From IMG/VR virus record IMGVR_UViG_2579779031_000002, positions 54,684-74,683 of that record: a stretch of DNA of 20,000 bases. One strand, given 5' to 3'. This stretch comes from an uncultured virus (IMG/VR IMGVR_UViG_2579779031_000002). Taxonomy: Duplodnaviria; Heunggongvirae; Uroviricota; Caudoviricetes. A program made the position numbers and the translations under genes. Shown here in pieces: positions 15,322 to 20,000 of the stretch. How positions within the stretch are numbered: position 1 is the stretch's first letter; every line of letters starts with the position of its first letter. Under the pieces are notes generated by a model. That model saw only the letters and a program-made list of their open reading frames with translations, searched no databases and was not told the origin of the DNA.

Positions 15322-15651
15322 ATGAATCAGAAATATATAGGCAGTCAATCTGCCCCATCTACCCCTATTTGTTTTGTACCTGAACTTAGTGGGAATAAAA
15401 CTAATAAACCAGCTACTTCTAAGCTTTATCAACATCCGTCAGCACAGGATCTAAAGTTTAAAAAAGATAGTAAATGGCCGTATTTTTTATGTTTTCTTAT
15501 ATTTAGTGCATTAGCAATTGCCTTTCTTTACGCATGTGATGCAGAAGCCCAAATGCGTGAGCAGAAGGCACAACATTGGCAAGAACAATTTAACTCAGGC
15601 GAACCAGTTGAAGTCCAAGTACGAGTAATTAAATTAGGTGGTGCCCAATGA
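15322..15651 (+). CDS. Hypothetical single-pass membrane protein (~109 aa)
   Basis: Likely start MNQKYIG after AAGG; hydrophobic stretch WPYFLCFLIFSALAIAFLYA. Confidence 0.7.
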   Translation: MNQKYIGSQSAPSTPICFVPELSGNKTNKPATSKLYQHPSAQDLKFKKDSKWPYFLCFLIFSALAIAFLYACDAEAQMREQKAQHWQEQFNSGEPVEVQVRVIKLGGAQ

Positions 15652-16019
15652 GAACTAATTTTTTACGTGGCGCTAAAAGAACCCAAAATTTTACGAATAA
15701 TCAATCAGGCCATAAATCAACATTCCGTGAATATATAGGTAAAGATGAAGAGCAAAATTTATATAAAGTACGTTTAGGCTACACCATCTATGCTGCACCA
15801 CATACGTTAACCCGTGTTTATACTGTGGATGCAACTGGTGTATTAACTCCCGTTTCTCAACATACCCTTAATTCAAGAGAATGGATTCTCCGCAACTTGG
15901 AAGAAGAAATTTCGCGACAAAGAAAGCGCGAATTAGGTCAAATTCTCGGTAAAACGCATATTCCCTCTCCAGACCGCAAAGCTTACAAAATGCGTCGTGG
16001 TTTTCTTGGTACACGGTAG
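15648..16019 (+). CDS. Hypothetical phage protein
   Basis: 123 aa, GGTGG RBS, ATGA overlap. Confidence 0.75.
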   Translation: MRTNFLRGAKRTQNFTNNQSGHKSTFREYIGKDEEQNLYKVRLGYTIYAAPHTLTRVYTVDATGVLTPVSQHTLNSREWILRNLEEEISRQRKRELGQILGKTHIPSPDRKAYKMRRGFLGTR

Positions 16020-16033
16020 TTGGGGTCAATTTT

Positions 16034-16714
16034 ATGAAAGCACTAATTGTTGATACTGAAACCAATACTTTAAACGGATACCCAATCGAAATTGCTTACA
16101 CACCATTTAGCTTTGAAAGCGGCCAGATTCTGATTAACAAAGATCATGCCTTTAGCAGGTATTTCTCTTGCCCAGAACCAATTGATATTGAGGCAATGTC
16201 TGTACACAACATCATTGAAGCAGATATTGAAGGTCAACCCAGTTGTGAAACATTCCGATTCCCCGAAGGTGTTGAATTCATAGTCGGCCACAATATTGAT
16301 TATGACATTAAAGCTCTAAATAAATGTGGACCAGCAATTAAGGCAAAGACTATTTGTACTTTAGCTTTAGCAAGGGATGTTTGGCCTGATTTACCAAGTC
16401 ATAAATTGGCTGTTCTGTACTATTTCGTAATGACCAACCGAGAAGAAGCACGTAAGCATTTAAGACATGCACATTCAGCTCGAGCGGATGTTTATTTTAC
16501 GGGGATTATCCTAATAGCTCTAATAGAACGACTAGGAATTAAGGATCTGAATTCTTTATACCTTATGTCTGAAGCAGTTCGTTTACCAAAAATTATGTCT
16601 TGGGGCAAACACAAAGGAACCCCTCTTAAAGATTTACCGCGCCCGTATATCTCATGGCTACTGAATAAAGAAGACCTTGACCTACATTTGCGTAAAGCGC
16701 TTCAAAATATTTAA
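16034..16714 (+). CDS. DEDDh 3'-5' exonuclease (ExoX-like)
   Basis: ExoI VDTET, ExoII GHNIDYD, ExoIII HAHSARAD; C-terminal MSWGKHKG...YISWL module. Confidence 0.92.
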   Translation: MKALIVDTETNTLNGYPIEIAYTPFSFESGQILINKDHAFSRYFSCPEPIDIEAMSVHNIIEADIEGQPSCETFRFPEGVEFIVGHNIDYDIKALNKCGPAIKAKTICTLALARDVWPDLPSHKLAVLYYFVMTNREEARKHLRHAHSARADVYFTGIILIALIERLGIKDLNSLYLMSEAVRLPKIMSWGKHKGTPLKDLPRPYISWLLNKEDLDLHLRKALQNI

Positions 16715-16726
16715 AGGTTAGAAACT

Positions 16727-17767
16727 ATGAAACCTACTCTATTTACGCCTGAAGCATGGGCGGAGTTTACCCAACAACTCAAAAATTCTTGGGAAAATGA
16801 TAACGCTGGTACAGATTCACCTATTTTCGTTGTTCAATCAAAAAATATTGTTTGGGGTTTAGACCCAGCAAGCGATTCAGTTGAAATTACGAATATTGTC
16901 GATGTAGATCAAGAATCAAAATATAAGTCAGTTGAAGAGTTTTTTGATTCACTTAAAGCTGCAGAAAAACATGATTTAAATGGCTTGGCTATTGATGAAG
17001 AAGATGAGCTTTTCCTTGATGTCAAAGTATCAACACAAATTAATATTTTATCGGAATGGAACGAACGCAACGTCTATATTTGCCATGGTAAATATTTTTG
17101 GGAAGATATTAATTGCCATCTAACACGGTCAGCTGCTGAAGCATTTATTAATCGTAAATCACATGATTATGGTGAGTTACGTGTATTTGTAAAATCACTT
17201 TATTGGTGTGATGAGTTTAAAAATCTACTGAATGCAATTATTAATGGTGAAGTAGGTTTAACTAGTAGAGATGATGACAACATTCTAAATGTTTTGGGTC
17301 CAAGTGATTCTAAAGTAGGTTCTGAAACCGAATCTACATCTGTAGGTAAAACACCTAAGAAATCAAAAAAAGCAGAGACTAAAGTGGAAAACTGGACACG
17401 TTACCATAACGGTAAACCTGTACAGTCTAGCCCTTTATCTGAACTTATGGAAAAGCTAAAGAAAACCAAAACTGCTGATGATGCTAATAGTCTCATTGAG
17501 GAAATCAAAGACTGGGCTACTGAAGATCAGAGTTTATTTAAAACCGAACTAAATAAGCATTTAGTAATTATTGCTGGTCACTCTAAAGAAAATATTTCAA
17601 TTGGGGAAAAGATCAGACAAGCAAAGGACCTGACTACATTAGATGCCCTTGAAATTGATATTTCTGAAGCTGATGAACGTATTCAAGAACGTCTAATGGA
17701 GCTGGTTCTAAAAAGAAGAAAAGAACTTGAGGTTGAAGGTAACTTTTTATTGGAGTCGCCTCAATGA
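16727..17767 (+). CDS. Two-part hypothetical phage protein (possibly Ead/Ea22-like N-terminal domain, helical C-terminal domain)
   Basis: T..PIFVVQ and CHLT..AAEAFI.RK.HDY motifs; low-complexity S/T/K linker. Confidence 0.6.
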   Translation: MKPTLFTPEAWAEFTQQLKNSWENDNAGTDSPIFVVQSKNIVWGLDPASDSVEITNIVDVDQESKYKSVEEFFDSLKAAEKHDLNGLAIDEEDELFLDVKVSTQINILSEWNERNVYICHGKYFWEDINCHLTRSAAEAFINRKSHDYGELRVFVKSLYWCDEFKNLLNAIINGEVGLTSRDDDNILNVLGPSDSKVGSETESTSVGKTPKKSKKAETKVENWTRYHNGKPVQSSPLSELMEKLKKTKTADDANSLIEEIKDWATEDQSLFKTELNKHLVIIAGHSKENISIGEKIRQAKDLTTLDALEIDISEADERIQERLMELVLKRRKELEVEGNFLLESPQ

Positions 17768-17904
17768 TTCAAATTTATAACAGCAAAACCAGAACTTTCA
17801 CTGTGATCGGTAAACGAACCCAAGTTTTCTTAAATGTATCACTTAATGAAACTGAAGCTTTGCTCTTCAAAGCAAAACTTAAAGATTCTATTTGGAGATT
17901 CTAA
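17764..17904 (+). CDS. Small hypothetical protein (46 aa), not in the ORF track
   Basis: GGAG RBS, ATGA overlap; MIQIYNSKTRTFTVIGKRTQVFLNVSLNETEALLFKAKLKDSIWRF*. Confidence 0.75.
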   Translation: MIQIYNSKTRTFTVIGKRTQVFLNVSLNETEALLFKAKLKDSIWRF

Positions 17905-17905
17905 C

Positions 17906-18199
17906 ATGATGAAATTCATCCCTGACTCTATGTCATACCCATTCACAGTTTGGATGTCAGAAAGTGGTTTCTATCCTTCTTATAAAAAAGGATACATCGT
18001 TATGAAGCGTGGCAAAGAAGTAGCAAAGATATCCCTAATAGAAACAAAAAAAGGTTTTGAAATGAATGAAGTTTGTCAAAAAAGATTTACTTCATTTTGC
18101 CGGGTTTGGATGAATAAGGATAAACGTTTTATTAACCAGCTTCGGATGCGTGGCATTTCTAATTCAATGAAATTCAGTTATCAAAAGGTGGCAGCATGA
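17906..18199 (+). CDS. Hypothetical phage protein (~97 aa)
   Basis: Start MMKFIPD after GGAG, 1 nt after the previous stop. Confidence 0.7.
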   Translation: MMKFIPDSMSYPFTVWMSESGFYPSYKKGYIVMKRGKEVAKISLIETKKGFEMNEVCQKRFTSFCRVWMNKDKRFINQLRMRGISNSMKFSYQKVAA

Positions 18200-18633
18200 C
18201 GTTGAATGAAAGAGAGTCTTTTTTAGGATTTCTTAGAACTAAAGGTGTAATTAAAGTTGGCTGGAATAGTTTAGGCGTTTTAACAAACCTAGTTCGTGAA
18301 GCTGGATGTACTCTTAGCTATAACGATATTGAATTAATGCAAGAAGTTTGGTTAGCAGCTAAAGAACCACAAAATAATTGGATTCTTGCAGCTGAACATT
18401 TACCTGAGACAGAACCAAATTCTGATGGAATTGCATGTGCCGTTATTGATGAATATGGAAATATTTCTCGAGCACGCTATATGCATGATGTCTATGAAGG
18501 TGGTGAGGCTAAATATTGGTCCGAATTTACTTTTTCGAAAAATGGTTTTGAAAATGAGCACTATGAAATAAATGAAAAAATTATTTTTTGGTTGCCCCTT
18601 CCTGATTCTTCTCTTACCGGAGCGAAGTTATGA
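18196..18633 (+). CDS. DUF551-like domain protein
   Basis: WILAAEHLPE...IIFWLPLPD matches the WI.V.ERLP...VTHW.PLP pattern. Confidence 0.65.
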   Translation: MTLNERESFLGFLRTKGVIKVGWNSLGVLTNLVREAGCTLSYNDIELMQEVWLAAKEPQNNWILAAEHLPETEPNSDGIACAVIDEYGNISRARYMHDVYEGGEAKYWSEFTFSKNGFENEHYEINEKIIFWLPLPDSSLTGAKL

Positions 18634-19166
18634 TTGATTTAGCGAATCAGCGAGCTGCGTTAATGGCAGAAGTTGCTGTCTTTAAAAAAGAATGTATGGA
18701 ACTTTGGTTCGTTCCAGAACTTGCAGCATCTTATTCAAATAGGGACTTCTTTTCTTATTCCATTTTTGAAGATGATCAGGTCTTTTTTATGATCGAACAA
18801 GCCCGTCAATTGTGGGCCTTCTGGAATAAAGCAAAAGCCAATGCAGTACCTAAAGGTTCGATTTTAGTTACGGAATCTGAAATTGATACATTTTGGCAAG
18901 ACGATGAAGAACCAGAAAATTGCGTTAATAAAGAAAGTGACTTCAATAATTTGGGTGATTGTTTAGACATTGAAGATATTACTTCAATTACAAAGCGTCG
19001 TGTTGCATATTTAACTGCAAGTAAAGTCTACGGCACATGGGTAACTAAATTAGAAGCCGGCCAATTGAAAAAAGATTATTTCTTTGTTGGTAGCCAAGAA
19101 GAATGTGAAGAAATTGTTGAAACTAATAAGTCTCTCTATCAATCTAGATCGGGAGCACATCAATGA
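18630..19166 (+). CDS. Hypothetical phage protein
   Basis: 178 aa, ATGA coupled; W.FW.KAKANAVPKG module. Confidence 0.75.
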   Translation: MIDLANQRAALMAEVAVFKKECMELWFVPELAASYSNRDFFSYSIFEDDQVFFMIEQARQLWAFWNKAKANAVPKGSILVTESEIDTFWQDDEEPENCVNKESDFNNLGDCLDIEDITSITKRRVAYLTASKVYGTWVTKLEAGQLKKDYFFVGSQEECEEIVETNKSLYQSRSGAHQ

Positions 19167-19576
19167 TTGACATGACTAAAGAAAGAGAGCTTTTCGAAGA
19201 AGCTTACTTAAGTGTTGGTGGTAAGCAGCGTGAGCTTGAACTTGAAGATGGTGAATATACAAATTCTAAGTCTCTACTAGGTTGGGAATTGTGGCAGATA
19301 AAAGCTAATGCTCAGGCGGTGCCTGAGGGTGTACTTGTTACCAAGGATCAAGCAAAAGATACAGCGCGCTTAGATTTCTTGCTTCAAGAGCCGAGATTAG
19401 TCACAACTGATATTAATTACGATGAAAACTATGACAAAACTGGTGAAGGGTTTTGTGTAAATGCTGTTTATTGGATTAGTGGATGGGAACGTTTAACTGA
19501 GACAGTTCATCAAACGAAACGTGAAGCAATTGATAAGGCAATGATAGTAGAAAGTGAATCTGGAGCTGAAGTATGA
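19163..19576 (+). CDS. Hypothetical phage protein
   Basis: 137 aa, GGAG RBS; ERELFE...WELWQ...AQAVPEG and D..RLDFL...REAIDKAM motifs. Confidence 0.75.
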   Translation: MIDMTKERELFEEAYLSVGGKQRELELEDGEYTNSKSLLGWELWQIKANAQAVPEGVLVTKDQAKDTARLDFLLQEPRLVTTDINYDENYDKTGEGFCVNAVYWISGWERLTETVHQTKREAIDKAMIVESESGAEV

Positions 19577-19767
19577 GTGGATTTGACTTTGAGCAGCTTT
19601 ACTATTTAGCGATTCAGAATGCAACTAAAAAGCGTAAATCAGATACAAATTGGGTTCACGTTAGTAGATTGGGACCGGGTTCAACTAAGGCTCGTCAGAT
19701 ATGCGAATATTTTGGAGTTGATCCTGAAGGTACTGTTTTTAGAAAAGTGGAAAATAAGGAGGTCTAA
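19573..19767 (+). CDS. Small hypothetical phage protein
   Basis: 64 aa, GGAG RBS, ATGA overlap. Confidence 0.7.
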   Translation: MSGFDFEQLYYLAIQNATKKRKSDTNWVHVSRLGPGSTKARQICEYFGVDPEGTVFRKVENKEV

Positions 19768-19772
19768 ATTTA

Positions 19773-20000
19773 ATGGCAATTTATATCTCAACACCAGAGA
19801 TTTTACAGAGGTACAAAATTTCTAAAGGTACTTTAAAAAATATGCGGGAAAGGGGTTCCGACCCCTTTCCTGAGCCAATTGTTAGAGGTCATGGAAGAGC
19901 TACTAATTTATATGGTGTTAAAGCAGTGGCCTCTTGGGAAAGTAGAAACGGATACTTAGAAGCACTTGAAATTGAGCCTTTAATATCAAATCTTTCGTAG
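19773..20000 (+). CDS. Excisionase / AlpA-like winged-HTH protein
   Basis: YISTPEILQRYKISKGTLKNMR...PFPEP pattern; strong AAGGAGG RBS; last visible gene of the PL operon. Confidence 0.75.
   Translation: MAIYISTPEILQRYKISKGTLKNMRERGSDPFPEPIVRGHGRATNLYGVKAVASWESRNGYLEALEIEPLISNLS

Larger units (their letters stand above)
1..20000. mobile_element. Temperate prophage segment (immunity, replication, nin-like accessory, start of late region); extends beyond both edges
   Basis: Divergent cI/cro pair, initiator plus DnaC-like loader, RusA, orphan methyltransferase, excisionase-like gene, and many short genes with overlapping ATGA/GTGA junctions. Confidence 0.97.

Noticed and set aside
15868..19825. 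ORFs 15868..16065(-), 16070..16291(-), 18386..18571(+), 19619..19825(+)
   Set aside because: Nested in or antisense to better-supported genes
19773..20000. Integrase or att site
   Set aside because: Expected beyond the right edge but not visible in this window

Overview
The whole window is part of a temperate (lambdoid-organised) prophage in an AT-rich gammaproteobacterium, most likely Acinetobacter (inferred from composition and protein families, not from a search). A divergent cI/cro switch at ~13.3-14.4 kb is controlled by five 18-bp palindromic operators. The minus-strand early operon runs cro, a cII-position gene, small hypotheticals, a C5 DNA methyltransferase, a replication initiator with internal iterons, a DnaC-like loader and nin-like genes. 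It continues through an AT-rich accessory block (HNH-like and DUF4238-like genes), then RusA, an XRE-HTH protein, a possible small terminase and the start of a tape-measure-like gene. The plus-strand early operon runs from a YfdP-like gene and a DEDDh exonuclease to an excisionase-like gene at the right edge. Most notable unannotated signals: (1) three ~65-70 nt promoter-to-terminator small RNA units, one directly upstream of the DUF4238-like gene with a loop complementary to that gene's ribosome-binding site (candidate RNA-gated anti-phage toxin module); (2) a repeated GGAAC-N19-ATCT candidate late-promoter motif; (3) beta-clamp-binding-like C-terminal motifs on two regulators.
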